Below, one piece after another: positions 30,101 to 45,840 of a stretch of 64,000 nt of DNA. Every line of letters starts with the position of its first letter. The first letter of the stretch is position 1. Below the pieces are notes generated by a model that saw only the letters and a program-made list of their open reading frames with translations, was not told the DNA's origin and searched no databases. The DNA is from Eledone cirrhosa (Eukaryota), in contig CAXHJY010000161.1 in assembly GCA_964016885.1 (NCBI GenBank), positions 233,001 to 297,000 on the forward strand, written 5' to 3'. The translations under genes were made by a program, and so were the position numbers.

Positions 30101-33100
30101 TGACAGAGAAAACAGCAACAACTACAACAACACTGGCACTGACACAGAAAACAGCAACAACTACAACAACACTGGCACTGACAGAGAAAACAGCAACAAC
30201 AACAACACTGGCACTGACACAGAAAACAGCAACAACTACAACAACACTGTCACTGACAGAGAAAACAGCAACAACTACAACAACACTGGCACTGACAGAG
30301 AAAACAGCAACAACTACAACACTGGCCCTGACAGAGAAAACATCAACAACAACACTGGCACTGACAAAGAAAACAGCAACAACTACAACAACACTGGCAC
30401 TGACACAGAAAACAGCAACAACTACAACAAAACTGGCACTGACAGAGAAAACAGCAACAACTACAACAACACTGGCACTGACAGAGAAAACAGCAACAAC
30501 AACACTGGCACTGACACAGAAAACAGCAACAACTACAACAACACTGGCACTGACAGAGAAAACAGCAACAACTACAACAACACTGGCACTGACACAGAAA
30601 ACAGCAACAACTACAACAACACTGGCACTGACAGAGAAAACAGCAACAACAACAACACTGGCACTGACACAGAAAACAGCAACAACTACAACAACACTGG
30701 CACTGACAGAGAAAACAGCAACAACTACAACAACACTGGCACTGACAGAGAAAACAGCAACAACTACAACAACACTGGCACTGACACAGAAAACAGCAAC
30801 AACTACAACAACACTGGCACTGACAGAGAAAACAGCAACAACAACAACACTGGCACTGACACAGAAAACAGCAACAACTACAACAACACTGGCACTGACA
30901 GAGAAAACAGCAACAACTACAACAACACTGGCACTGACACTGAAAAAAGCAACAACTACAACAACACTGGCACTGACACAGAAAACAGCAACAACTACAA
31001 CAACACTGGCACTGACACAGAAAACAGCAACAACAACACTGGCACTGACACAGAAAACAGCAGCAACAAAAACACTGGCACTGACAGAGAAAACAGCAAC
31101 AACAACAACACTGGCACTGACAGAGAAAACAGCAACAACAACAACACCGGCACTGACACAGAAAACAGCAACAACTACAACAACACTGGCACTGACAGAG
31201 AAAACAGCAACAATTACAACAACACTGGCACTGACAGAGAAAACAGCAACAACAACAACACTGGCACTGACACAGAAAACAGCAACAACTACAACACTGG
31301 CACTGACAGAGAAAACAGCAACAACTACAACAACACTGGCACTGACAGAGAAAACAGCAAAAACAACACTGGCACTGACACAGAAAACAGCAACAACTAC
31401 AACAACACTGGCACTGACAGAGAAAACAGCAACAACAACAACACTGGCACTGACAAAGAAAACAGCAACAACTACAACAACACTGGCACTGACACAGAAA
31501 ACAGCAACAACTACAACAAAACTGGCACTGACAGAGAAAACAGCAACAACTACAACAACACTGGCACTGACAGAGAAAACAGCAACAACAACACTGGCAC
31601 TGACACAGAAAACAGCAACAACTACAACAACACTGGCACTGACAGAGAAAACAGCAACAACAACAACACTGGCACTGACACAGAAAACAGCAACAACTAC
31701 AACAACACTGGCACTGACAGAGAAAACAGCAACAACTACAACAACACTGGCACTTACAGAGAAAACAGCAACAACTACAACAACACTGGCACTGACACTG
31801 AAAAAAGCAACAACTACAACAACACTGGCACTGACACAGAAAACAGCAACAACTACAACAACACTGGCACTGACAGAGAAAACAGCAACAACAACAACAA
31901 CACTGGCACTGACAGAGAAAACAGCAACAACTACAACACTGGCACTGACAGAGAAAACAGCAACAACAACAACACTGGCACTGACAAAGAAAACAGCAAC
32001 AACTACAACAACACAGGCACTGACACAGAAAACAGCAACAACTACAACAAAACTGGCACTGACAGAGAAAACAGCAACAACTACAACAACACTGGCACTG
32101 ACAGAGAAAACAGCAACAACACTGGCACTGACACAGAAAACAGCAACAACTACAACAACACTGGCACTGACAGAGAAAACAGCAACAACTACAACAACAA
32201 TGGCACTGACACAGAAAACAGCAACAACTACAACAACACTGGCACTGACAGAGAAAACAGCAACAACAACAACACCGGCACTGACACAGAAAACAGCAAC
32301 AACTACAACAACACTGGCACTGACAGAGAAAACAGCAACAATTACAACAACACTGGCACTGACAGAGAAAACAGCAACAACAACAACACTGGCACTGACA
32401 CAGAAAACAGCAACAACTACAACACTGGCACTGACAGAGAAAACAGCAACAACTACAACAACACTGGCACTGACAGAGAAAACAGCAACAGCAACAACAC
32501 TGGCACTGACAGAGAAAACAGCAACAACAGCAACAACAACACTGGCACTGACAGAGAAAACAGCAACAACAACACTGGCACTGACACAGAAAACAGCAAC
32601 AACTACAACAACACTGGCACTGACAGAGAAAACAGCAACAACTACAACAACACTGGCACTGACACAGAAAACAGCAACAACTACAACAACACTGGCACTG
32701 ACAGAGAAAACAGCAACAACAACACTGGCACTGACACAGAAAACAGCAACAACTACAACAACACTGGCACTGACACAGTAAACAACAACAACTACAACAA
32801 CACTGGCACTGACAGAGAAAACAGCAACAACTACAACAACACTGGCACTGACACAGAAAACAGCTACAACTACAACAACACTGGCACTGACACAGAAAAC
32901 AGCAACAACTAAAACAACACCGGCACTGACACAGAAAACAGCAACAACTACAACAACACTGGCACGGAAAACAGCAACAACAGCAACAACAACACTGGCA
33001 CTGACAGAAAACAGCAACAACAGCAACAACAACCGTGGCACTGACACAGAAAACAGCAACAACAGCAACAATAACACTGGCACTGGCACAGAAAACAGCA

Positions 33101-36100
33101 ACAGCAATACTGGAACTTACACAGAAAACAGCAACAGTAACAACAACAACACTGGCACTGACACAGAAAACAGCAACAACAACAACACTGGCACTGACAC
33201 GGAAAACAGCAACAACAACAACACTGACACTGACAGTGAAAATAGCAACAGCAACAACACTGGCACTGACAGAGAAAACAGCAACAACAACAACACTGGC
33301 ACTGACACAGAAAACAGCAACAACTACAACAACACTGGCACTGACAGAGAAAACAGCAACAACAACAACCATACTGGCACTGACAGAGAAAACAGCAACA
33401 ACTACAACACTGGCACTGACAGAGAAAACAGCAACAACAACAACACTGGCACTGACAAAGAAAACAGCAACAACTACAACAACACTGGCACTGACACAGA
33501 AAACAGCAACAACTACAACAAAACTGGCACTGACAGAGAAAACAGCAACAACTACAACAACACTGGCACTGACAGAGAAAACAGCAACAACTACAACAAC
33601 ACTGGCACTGACACTGAAAAAAGCAACAACTACAACAACACTGGCACTGACACAGAAAACAGCAACAACTACAACAACACTGGCACTGACACAGAAAACA
33701 GCAACAACAACACTGGCACTGACACAGAAAACAGCAACAACAAAAACACTGGCACTGACAGAGAAAACAGCAACAACAACAACACTGGCACTGACAGAGA
33801 AAACAGCAACAACAACAACACCGGCACTGACACAGAAAACAGCAAGAACTACAACAACACTGGCACTGACAGAGAAAACAGCAACAATTACAACAACACT
33901 GGCACTGACACAGAAAACAGCAACAACAACACTGGCACTGACACAGAAAACAGCAACAACAAAAACACTGGCACTGACAGAGAAAACAGCAACAACAACA
34001 ACACTGGCACTGACAGAGAAAACAGCAACAACAACAACACCGGCACTGACACAGAAAACAGCAACAACTACAACAACACTGGCACTGACAGAGAAAACAG
34101 CAACAATTACAACAACACTGGCACTGACAGAGAAAACAGCAACAACAACAATACTGGCACTGACACAGAAAACAGCAACAACTACAACACTGGCACTGAC
34201 AGAGAAAACAGCAACAACTACAACAACACTGGCACTGACAGAGAAAACAGCAACAGCAACAACACTGGCACTGACAGAGAAAACAGCAACAACAACACTG
34301 GCACTGACACAGAAAACAGCAACAACTACAACAACACTGGCACTGACAGAGAAAACAGCAACAACTACAACAACACTGGCACTGACACAGAAAACAGCAA
34401 CAACTACAACAACACTGGCACTGACAGAGAAAACAGCAACAACAACACTGGCACTGACACAGAAAACAGCAACAACTACAACAACACTGGCACTGACACA
34501 GTAAACAACAACAACTACAACAACACTGGCACTGACAGAGAAAACAGCAACAACTACAACAACACTGGCACTGACACAGAAAACAGCAACAACTACAACA
34601 ACACTGGCACTGACACAGAAAACAGCAACAACTAAAACAACACCGGCACTGACACAGAAAACAGCAACAACTACAACAACACTGGCACGGAAAACAGCAA
34701 CAACAGCAACAACAACACTGGCACTGACACAGAAAACAGCAACAACAGCAACAACAACCGTGGCACTGACACAGAAAACAGCAACAACAGCAACAATAAC
34801 ACTGGCACTGGCACAGAAAACAGCAACAGCAATACTGGAACTGACACAGAAAACAGCAACAGTAACAACAACAACACTGGCACTGACACAGAAAACAGCA
34901 ACAACAACAACACTGGCACTGACACAGAAAACAGCAACAACAACAACACTGGCACTGACAGTGAAAATAGCAACAGCAACAACACTGGCACTGACAGAGA
35001 AAACAGCAACAACAAAAACACTGGCACTGACACAGAAAACAGCAACAACAACAACACTGGCACTGACACAGAAAACAGCAACAACAACAACACTGGCACT
35101 GACAGAGAAAACAGCAACAACTACAACACTGACACTGACAGAGAAAGCAGCAACAACAACAACACTGTCACTGACAGAGAAAACAGCAACAACTACAACA
35201 ACACTGGCACTGACAGAGAAAACAGCAACAACTACAACACTGGCACTGACAGAGAAAACAGCAACAACAACAACACTGGCACTGACAAAGAAAACAGCAA
35301 CAACTACAACAACACTGGCACTGACACAGAAAACAGCAACAACTACAACAAAACTGGCACTGACAGAGAAAACAGCAACAACTACAACAACACTGGCACT
35401 GACAGAGAAAACAGCAACAACAACACTGGCACTGACACAGAAAACAGCAACAACTACAACAACACTGGCACTAACAGAGAAAACAGCAACAACTACAACA
35501 ACACTGGCACTGACACAGAAAACAGCAACAACTACAACAACACTGGCACTGACAGAGAAAACAGCAACAACAACAACACTGGCACTGACACAGAAAACAG
35601 CAACAACTACAACAACACTGGCACTGACAGAGAAATCAGCTACAACTACAACAACACTGGCACTGACAGAGAAAACAGCAACAACTACAACAACACTGGC
35701 ACTGACACTGAAAAAAGCAACAACTACAACAACACTGGCACTGACACAGAAAACAGCAACAACTACAACAACACTGGCAGTGACACAGAAAACAGCAACA
35801 ACAACAACACTGGCACTGACACAGAAAACAGCAACAACAAAAACACTGGCACTGACAGAGAAAAGAGCAACAACAACAACACCGGCACTGACACAGAAAA
35901 CAGCAACAACTACAACAACACTGGCACTGACAGAGAAAACAGCAACAACTACAACAACACTGGCACTGACAGAGAAAACAGCAACAACAACAACACTGGC
36001 ACTGACACAGAAAACAGCAACAACTACAACACTGGCACTGACAGAGAAAACAGCAACAACTACAACAACACTGGCACTGACACAGAAAACAGCAACAACT

Positions 36101-39025
36101 ACAACAACACTGGCACTGACAGAGAAAACAGCAACAGCAACAACACTGGCACTGACAGTGAAAACAGCAACAACTACAACAACACTGGCACTGACACAGA
36201 AAACAGCAACAACTACAACAACACTGGCACTGACAGAGAAAACAGCAACAACTACAACAACACTGGCACTGACACAGAAAACAGCAACAACTACAACAAC
36301 ACTGGCACTGACAGAGAAAACAGCAACAACAACACTGGCACTGACACAGAAAACAGCAACAACTACAGCAACACTGGCACTGACAGAGAAAACAGCAACA
36401 ATTACAACAACACTGGCACTGACAGAGAAAACAGCAACAACTACAACAACACTGGCACTGACACAGAAAACAGCAACAACTACAACAACACTGGCACTGA
36501 CACAGAAAACAGCAACAACCACAACAACACTGGCACTGACACAGAAAACAGCAACAACAACAACACTGGCACTGACAGAGAAAACAGCAACAACTAAAAC
36601 AACACCGGCACTGACACAGAAAACAGCAACAACTACAACAACACTGGCACGGAAAACAGCAACAACAGCAACAACAACACTGGCACTGACACAGAAAACA
36701 GCAACAACAGCAACAACCGTGGCACTGACACAGAAAACAGCAACAACAGCAACAATAACACTGGCACTGTCACAGAAAACAGCAACAGCAATACTGGAAC
36801 TGACACAGAAAACAGCAACAGTAACAACAACAACAACAACACTGGCACTGACACAGAAAACAGCAACAACAACAACACTGGCACTGACACAGAAAACAGC
36901 AACAACAACAACTCTGGCACTGACAGAGAAAACAGCAACAACTACAACACTGACACTGACAGAGAAAGCAGCAACAACAACAACACTGTCACTGACAGAG
37001 AAAACAGCAACAACTAAAACAACACTGGCACTGACAGAGAAAACAACAACAACTACAACACTGGCACTGACAGAGAAAACAGCAACAACAACAACACTGG
37101 CACTGACAATGAAAACAGCAACAACTACAACAACACTGGCACTGACACAGAAAACAGCAACAACTACAACAAAACTGGCACTGACAGAGAAAACAGCAAC
37201 AACTACAACAACACTGGCACTGACAGAGAAAACAGCAACAACAACACTGGCACTGACACAGAAAACAGCAACAACTACAACAACACTGGCACTGACAGAG
37301 AAAACAGCAACAACTACAACAACACTGGCACTGACACAGAAAACAGCAACAACTACAACAACACTGGCACTGACAGAGAAAACAGCAACAACAACAACAC
37401 TGGCACTGACACAGAAAACAGCAACAACTACAACAACACTGGCACTGACAGAGAAAACAGCAACAACTACAACAACACTGGCACTGACAGAGAAAACAGC
37501 AACAACTACAACAACACTGGCACTGACACTGAAAAAAGCAACAACTACAACAACACTGGCACTGACACAGAAAACAGCAACAACTACAACAACACTGGCA
37601 CTGACAGAGAAAACAGCAACAACAACAACAACACTGGCACTGACAGAGAAAACAGCAACAACTACAACACTGGCACTGACAGAGAAAACAGCAACAACAA
37701 CAACACTGGCACTGACAAAGAAAACAGCAACAACTACAACAACACAGGCACTGACACAGAAAACAGCAACAACTACAACAAAACTGGCACTGACAGAGAA
37801 AACAGCAACAACTACAACAACACTGGCACTGACAGAGAAAACAGCAACAACACTGGCACTGACACAGAAAACAGCAACAACTACAACAACACTGGCACTG
37901 ACAGAGAAAACAGCAACAACTACAACAACACTGGCACTGACACAGAAAACAGCAACAACTACAACAACACTGGCACTGACAGAGAAAACAGCAACAACAA
38001 CAACACTGGCACTGACACAGAAAACAGCAACAACTACAACAACACTGGCACTGACAGAGAAAACATCAACAACTACAACAACACTGGCACTGACAGAGAA
38101 AACAGCAACAACTACAACAACACTGGCACTGACACTGAAAAAAGCAACAACTACAACAACACTGGCACTGACACAGAAAACAGCAACAACTACAACAACA
38201 CTGGCACTGACACAGAAAACAGCAACAACAACACTGGCACTGACACAGAAAACAGCAACAACAAAAACACTGGCACTGACAGAGAAAACAGCAACAACAA
38301 CAACACTAGCACTGACAGAGAAAACAGCAACAACAACAACACCGGCACTGACACAGAAAACAGCAAGAACTACAACAACACTGGCACTGACAGAGAAAAC
38401 AGCAACAATTACAACAACACTGGCACTGACAGAGAAAACAGCAACAACAACAACACTGGCACTGACACAGAAAACAGCAACAACTACAACACTGGCACTG
38501 ACAGAGAAAACAGCAACAACTACAACAACACTGGCACTGACAGAGAAAACAGCAACAGCAACAACACTGGCACTGACAGAGAAAACAGCAACAACAGCAA
38601 CAACAACACTGGCACTGACAGAGAAAACAGCAACAACAACACTGGCACTGACACAGAAAACAGCAACAACTACAACAACACTGGCACTGACAGAGAAAAC
38701 AGCAACAACTACAACAACACTGGCACTGACACAGAAAACAGCAACAACTACAACAACACTGGCACTGACAGAGAAAACAGCAACAACAACACTGGCACTG
38801 ACACAGAAAACAGCAACAACTACAACAACACTGGCACTGACACAGTAAACAACAACAACTACAACAACACTGGCACTGACAGAGAAAACAGCAACAACTA
38901 CAACAACACTGGCACTGAAACAGAAAACAGCTACAACTACAACAACACTGGCACTGACACAGAAAACAGCAACAAATAAAACAACACCGGCACTGACACA
39001 GAAAACAGCAACAACTACAACAACA

Positions 39026-42000
39026 CTGGCACGGAAAACAGCAACAACAGCAACAACAACCGTGGCACTGACACAGAAAACAGCAACAACAGCAACAACA
39101 ACCGTGGCACTGACACAGAAAACAGCAACAACAGCAACAATAACACTGGCACTGGCACAGAAAACAGCAACAGCAATACTGGAACTGACACAGAAAACAG
39201 CAACAGTAACAACAATAACACTGGCACTGACACAGAAAACAGCAACAACAACAACACTGGCACTGACACAGAAAACAGCAACAACAACAACACTGACACT
39301 GACAGTGAAAATAGCAACAGCAACAACACTGGCACTGACAGAGAAAACAGCAACAACAACAACACTGGCACTGACACAGAAAACAGCAACAACAACAACA
39401 CTGGCACTGACACAGAAAACAGCAACAACAAAAACACTGGCACTGACAGAGAAAACAGCAACAACTACAACACTGACACTGACAGAGAAAGCAGCAACAA
39501 CAACAACACTGTCACTGACAGAGAAAACAGCAACAACTACAACAACACTGGCACTGACAGAGAAAACAGCAACAACTACAACACTGGCACTGACAGAGAA
39601 AACAGCAACAACAACAACACTGGCACTGACAAAGAAAACAGCAACAACTACAACAACACTGGCACTGACACAGAAAACAGCAACAACTACAACAAAACTG
39701 GCAATGACAGAGAAAACAGCAACAACTACAACAACACTGGCACTGACAGAGAAAACAGCAACAACAACACTCGCACTGACACAGAAAATAGCAACAACTA
39801 CAACAACACTGGCACTAACAGAGAAAACAGCAACAACTACAACAACACTGGCACTGACACAGAAAACAGCAACAACTACAACAACACTGGCACTGACAGA
39901 GAAAACAGCAACAACAACAACACTGGCACTGACACAGAAAACAGCAACAACTACAACAACACTGGCACTGACAGAGAAAACAGCAACAACTACAACAACA
40001 CTGGCACTGACAGAGAAAACAGCAACAACTACAACAACACTGGCACTGACACTGAAAAAAGCAACAACTACAACAACACTGGCACTGACACAGAAAACAG
40101 CAACAACTACAACAACACTGGCAGTGACACAGAAAACAGCAACAACAACAACACTGGCACTGACACAGAAAACAGCAACAACAAAAACACTGGCACTGAC
40201 AGAGAAAACAGCAACAACAACAACACCGGCACTGACACAGAAAACAGCAACAACTACAACAACACTGGCACTGACAGAGAAAACAGCAACAACTACAACA
40301 ACACTGGCACTGACAGAGAAAACAGCAACAACAACAACACTGGCACTGACACAGAAAACAGCAACAGCTACAACACTGGCACTGACAGAGAAAACAGCAA
40401 CAACTACAACAACACTGGCACTGACACAGAAAACAGCAACAACTACAACAACACTGGCACTGACAGAGAAAACAGCAACAGCAACAACACTGGCACTGAC
40501 AGTGAAAACAGCAACAACTACAACAACACTTGCACTGACACAGAAAACAGCAACAACTACAACAACACTGGCACTGACAGAGAAAACAGCAACAACTACA
40601 ACAACACTGGCACTGACACAGAAAACAGCAACAACTACAACAACACTGGCACTGACAGAGAAAACAGCAACAACAACACTGGCACTGACACAGAAAACAG
40701 CAACAACTACAGCAACACTGGCACTGACAGAGAAAACAGCAACAACTACAACAACACTGGCACTGACAGAGAAAACAGCAACAACTACAACAACACTGGC
40801 ACTGACACAGAAAACAGCAACAACCACAACAACACTGGCACTGACACAGAAAACAGCAACAACAACAACACTGGCACTGACAGAGAAAACAGCAACAACA
40901 ACAACACCGGCACTGACACAGAAAACAGCAACAACTACAACAACACTGGCACGGAAAACAGCAACAACAGCAACAACAACACTGGCACTGACACAGAAAA
41001 CAGCAACAACAGCAACAACAACCGTGGCACTGACACAGAAAACAGCAACAACAGCAACAATAACACTGGCACTGGCACAGAAAACAGCAACAGCAATACT
41101 GGAACTGACACAGAAAACAGCAACAGTAACAACAACAACACTGGCACTGACACAGAAAACAGCAACAACAACAACACTGGCACTGACACAGAAAACAGCA
41201 ACAACAACAACACTGGCACTGACAGTGAAAATAGCAACAGCAACAACACTGGCACTGACAGAGAAAACAGCAACAACAACAACACTGGCACTGACACAGA
41301 AAACAGCAACAACAACAACACTGGCACTGACACAGAAAACAGCAACAACAACAACACTGGCACTGACAGAGAAAACAGCAACAACTACAACACTGACACT
41401 GACAGAGAAAGCAGCAACAACAACAACACTGTCACTGACAGAGAAAACAGCAACAACTACAACAACACTGGCACTGACAGAGAAAACAGCAACAACTACA
41501 ACACTGGCACTGACAGAGAAAACAGCAACAACAACAACACTGGCACTGACAAAGAAAACAGCAACAACTACAACAACACTGGCACTGACACAGAAAACAG
41601 CAACAACTACAACAAAACTGGCACTGACAGAGAAAACAGCAACAACTACAACAACACTGGCACTGACAGAGAAAACAGCAACAACAACACTGGCACTGAC
41701 ACAGAAAACAGCAACAACTACAACAACACTGGCACTAACAGAGAAAACAGCAACAACTACAACAACACTGGCACTGACACAGAAAACAGCAACAACTACA
41801 ACAACACTGGCACTGACAGAGAAAACAGCAACAACAACAACACTGGCACTGACACAGAAAACAGCAACAACTACAACAACACTGGCACTGACAGAGAAAA
41901 CAGCAACAACTACAACAACACTGGCACTGACAGAAAAAACAGCAACAACTACAACAACACTGGCACTGACACTGAAAAAAGCAACAACTACAACAACACT

Positions 42001-42865
42001 GGCACTGACACAGAAAACAGCAACAACTACAACAACACTGGCAGTGACACAGAAAACAGCAACAACAACAACACTGGCACTGACACAGAAAACAGCAACA
42101 ACAAAAACACTGGCACTGACAGAGAAAACAGCAACAACAACAACACCAGCACTGACACAGAAAACAGCAACAACTACAACAACACTGGCACTGACAGAGA
42201 AAACAGCAACAACTACAACAACACTGGCACTGACAGAGAAAACAGCAACAACAACAACACTGGCACTGACACAGAAAACAGCAACAACTACAACACTGGC
42301 ACTGACAGAGAAAACAGCAACAACTACAACAACACTGGCACTGACACAGAAAACAGCAACAACTACAACAACACTGGCACTGACAGAGAAAACAGCAACA
42401 GCAACAACACTGGCACTGACAGTGAAAACAGCAACAACTACAACAACACTGGCACTGACAGAGAAAACAGCAACAACTACAACAACACTGGCACTGACAC
42501 AGAAAACAGCAACAACTACAACAACACTGGCACTGACAGAGAAAACAGCAACAACAACACTGGCACTGACACAGAAAACAGCAACAACTACAGCAACACT
42601 GGCACTGACAGAGAAAACAGCAACAACTACAACAACACTGGCACTGACAGAGAAAACAGCAACAACTACAACAACACTGGCACTGACACAGAAAACAGCA
42701 ACAACTACAACAACACTGGCACTGACACAGAAAACAGCAACAACCACAACAACACTGGCACTGACACAGAAAACAACAACAACAACAACACTGGCACTGA
42801 CAGAGAAAACAGCAACAACAACAACACCGGCACTGACACAGAAAACAGCAACAACTACAACACCA
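39026..42865. repeat. Two consecutive basal higher-order periods of 1,920 bp (paralogous to 8260-11943)
   Basis: The CTGGCACGG marker starts at 39026, 40946 and 42866. Rare variants ACACCAGCA (11221 vs about 42144) and CCACTGGCACGG (11941 vs 42863) are shared with the earlier block. Confidence 0.88.
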
Positions 42866-43799
42866 CTGGCACGGAAAACAGCAACAACAGCAACAACAAC
42901 ACTGGCACTGACACAGAAAACAGCAACAACAGCAACAACAACCGTGGCACTGACACAGAAAACAGCAACAACAGCAACAATAACACTGGTACTGGCACAG
43001 AAAACAGCAACAGCAACACTGGAACTGACACAGAAAACAGCAACAGCAACAACAACAACACTGGCACTGACACAGAAAACAGCAACAACAACAACACTGG
43101 CACTGACACAGAAAACAGCAACAACAACAACAACACTGGCACTGACAGTGAAAATAGCAACAACAACAACACTGGCACTGACAGAGAAAACAGCAACAAC
43201 AACACTGGCACTGACACAGAAAACAGCAACAACAACACTGGCACTGACACAGAAAACAGCAACAACAACAACACTGGCACTGACAGAGAAAACAGCAACA
43301 ACTACAACACTGACACTGACAGAGAAAGCAGCAACAACAACAACAACACTGGCACTGACACAGAAAACAGCAACAACTACAACAACACTGGCACTGACAG
43401 AGAAAACAGCAACAACTACAACAACACTGGCACTGACAGAGAAAACAGCAACAACAGCAACAATAACACTGGCACTGGCACAGAAAACAGCAACAGCAAC
43501 AACAACAACAACAACACTGGAACTGACACAGAAAACAGCAACAGTAACAACAACAACACTGGCACTGACACAGAAAACAGCAACAGCAAGAACACTGGCA
43601 ATGACACAGAAAACAGCAACAACTACAACAACACTGGCACTGACACAGAAAACAGCAACAACAGCAACAACAACACTGGCACTGACACAGAAAACAGCAA
43701 CAACAGCAACAACAACAGTGGCACTGACACAGAAAACAGCAACAACAGCAACAATAACACTGGCTCTGGCACAGAAAACAGCAACAGTAACCACAACAA

Positions 43800-45840
43800 G
43801 ACTGGCACTGACACAGAAAACAGCAACAGTAACAACAACACTGGCACTGACACAGAAAACACCAACAACAACAACACTGGCACTGACACAGAAAACAGCA
43901 ACAACAACAACACTGGCACTGACAGTGAAAATAGCAACAACAACAACACTGACAGAGAAAACAGCAACAACAACAACAACACTGGCACTGACAGAGAAAA
44001 CAGCAACAACTACAACACTGGCACTGACAGAGAAAACAGCAACAACAACACTGGCACTGACAGAGAAAACAGCAACAACTACAACAACACTGGCACTGAC
44101 ACAGAAAACAGCAACAACTACAACAAAACTGGCACTGACAGAGAAAACAGCAACAACTACAACAACACTGGCACTGACAGAGAAAACAGCAACAACAACA
44201 ACACTGGCACTGACACAGAAAACAGCAACAACTACAACAACACTGGCACTGACAGAGAAAACAGCAACAACTACAACAACACTGGCACTGACACAGAAAA
44301 CAGCAACAACTACAACAACACTGGCACTGACAGAGAAAACAGCAACAACAACACTGGCACTGACACAGAAAACAGCAACAACTACAACAACACTGGCACT
44401 GACACAGAAAACAGCAACAACTACAACAACACTGGCACTGAAAGAGAAAACAGCAACAACTACAACAACACTGGCAATGACACAGAAAACAGCAACAACT
44501 ACAACAACACTGGCACTGACACAGAAAACAGCAACAACTACAACAACACTGGCACTGACACAGAAAACAGCAACAACTACAACAACACTGGCACTGACAC
44601 AGAAAACAGCAACAACTACAACAACACTGGCACTGACACAGAAAACAGCAACAACAACAACACTGGCACTGACACAGAAAACAGCAACAACAACAACACT
44701 GGCACTGACAAAGAAAATAGCAACAACAACAACACTGGCACTGACAGAGAAAACAGCAACAACAACAACACCGGCACTGACACAGAAAACAGCAACAACT
44801 ACAACAACACTGGCACTGACAGAGAAAACAGCAACAACTACAACAACACTGGCACTGACAGAGAATACAGCAACAACAACAACACTGGCACTGACACAGA
44901 AAACAGCAACAACAACAACACTGGCACTGACACAGAAAACAGCAACAGTAACAACAACACTGGCACTGACACAGAAAACACCAACAACAACAACACTGGC
45001 ACTGACACAGAAAACAGCAACAACAACAACACTGGCACTGACAGTGAAAATAGCAACAACAACAACACTGACAGAGAAAACAGCAACAACAACAACAACA
45101 CTGGCACTGACAGAGAAAACAGCAACAACTACAACACTGGCACTGACAGAGAAAACAGCAACAACAACACTGGCACTGACAGAGAAAACAGCAACAACTA
45201 CAACAACACTGGCACTGACACAGAAAACAGCAACAACTACAACAAAACTGGCACTGACAGAGAAAACAGCAACAACTACAACAACACTGGCACTGACAGA
45301 GAAAACAGCAACAACAACAACACTGGCACTGACACAGAAAACAGCAACAACTACAACAACACTGGAACTGACAGAGAAAACAGCAACAACTACAACAACA
45401 CTGGCACTGACACAGAAAACAGCAACAACTACAACAACACTGGCACTGACAGAGAAAACAGCAACAACAACACTGGCACTGACACAGAAAACAGCAACAA
45501 CTACAACAACACTGGCACTGACACAGAAAACAGCAACAACAACAACACTGGCACTGACACAGAAAACAGCAACAACAACAACACTGGCACTGACAAAGAA
45601 AATAGCAACAACAACAACACTGGCACTGACAGAGAAAACAGCAACAACAACAACACCGGCACTGACACAGAAAACAGCAACAACTACAACAACACTGGCA
45701 CTGACAGAGAAAACAGCAACAACTACAACAACACTGGCACTGACAGAGAATACAGCAACAACAACAACACTGGCACTGACACAGAAAACAGCAACAACAA
45801 CAACACTGGCACTGACACAGAAAACAGCAACAACAACAAC
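43800..45840. repeat. Local ~0.9-1.1 kb tandem duplication (boundaries approximate)
   Basis: The ordered marker set ACACCAACA, 6-bp-deleted ACACTGACAGAG, AAGAAAATA and GAGAATACA occurs twice (about 43859-44868 and 44978-45753). The paralogous block at 12.8-13.9 kb has it once. Confidence 0.8.

Larger units (their letters stand above)
8083..32781 (+). other. 24.7-kb stop-free reading frame encoding (LALT[Q/E]KTAT2-5)n, about 50% Thr; coding status unproven
   Basis: Open between TAA 8080-8082 and TAA 32779-32781. The ORF-track start at 8338 is a variant GTG, and the only in-frame ATGs I see are at 13444 and 32200. There is no signal peptide, unique domain, or recognisable promoter/RBS/splice context. 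Confidence is for this being a real CDS. Confidence 0.15.
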
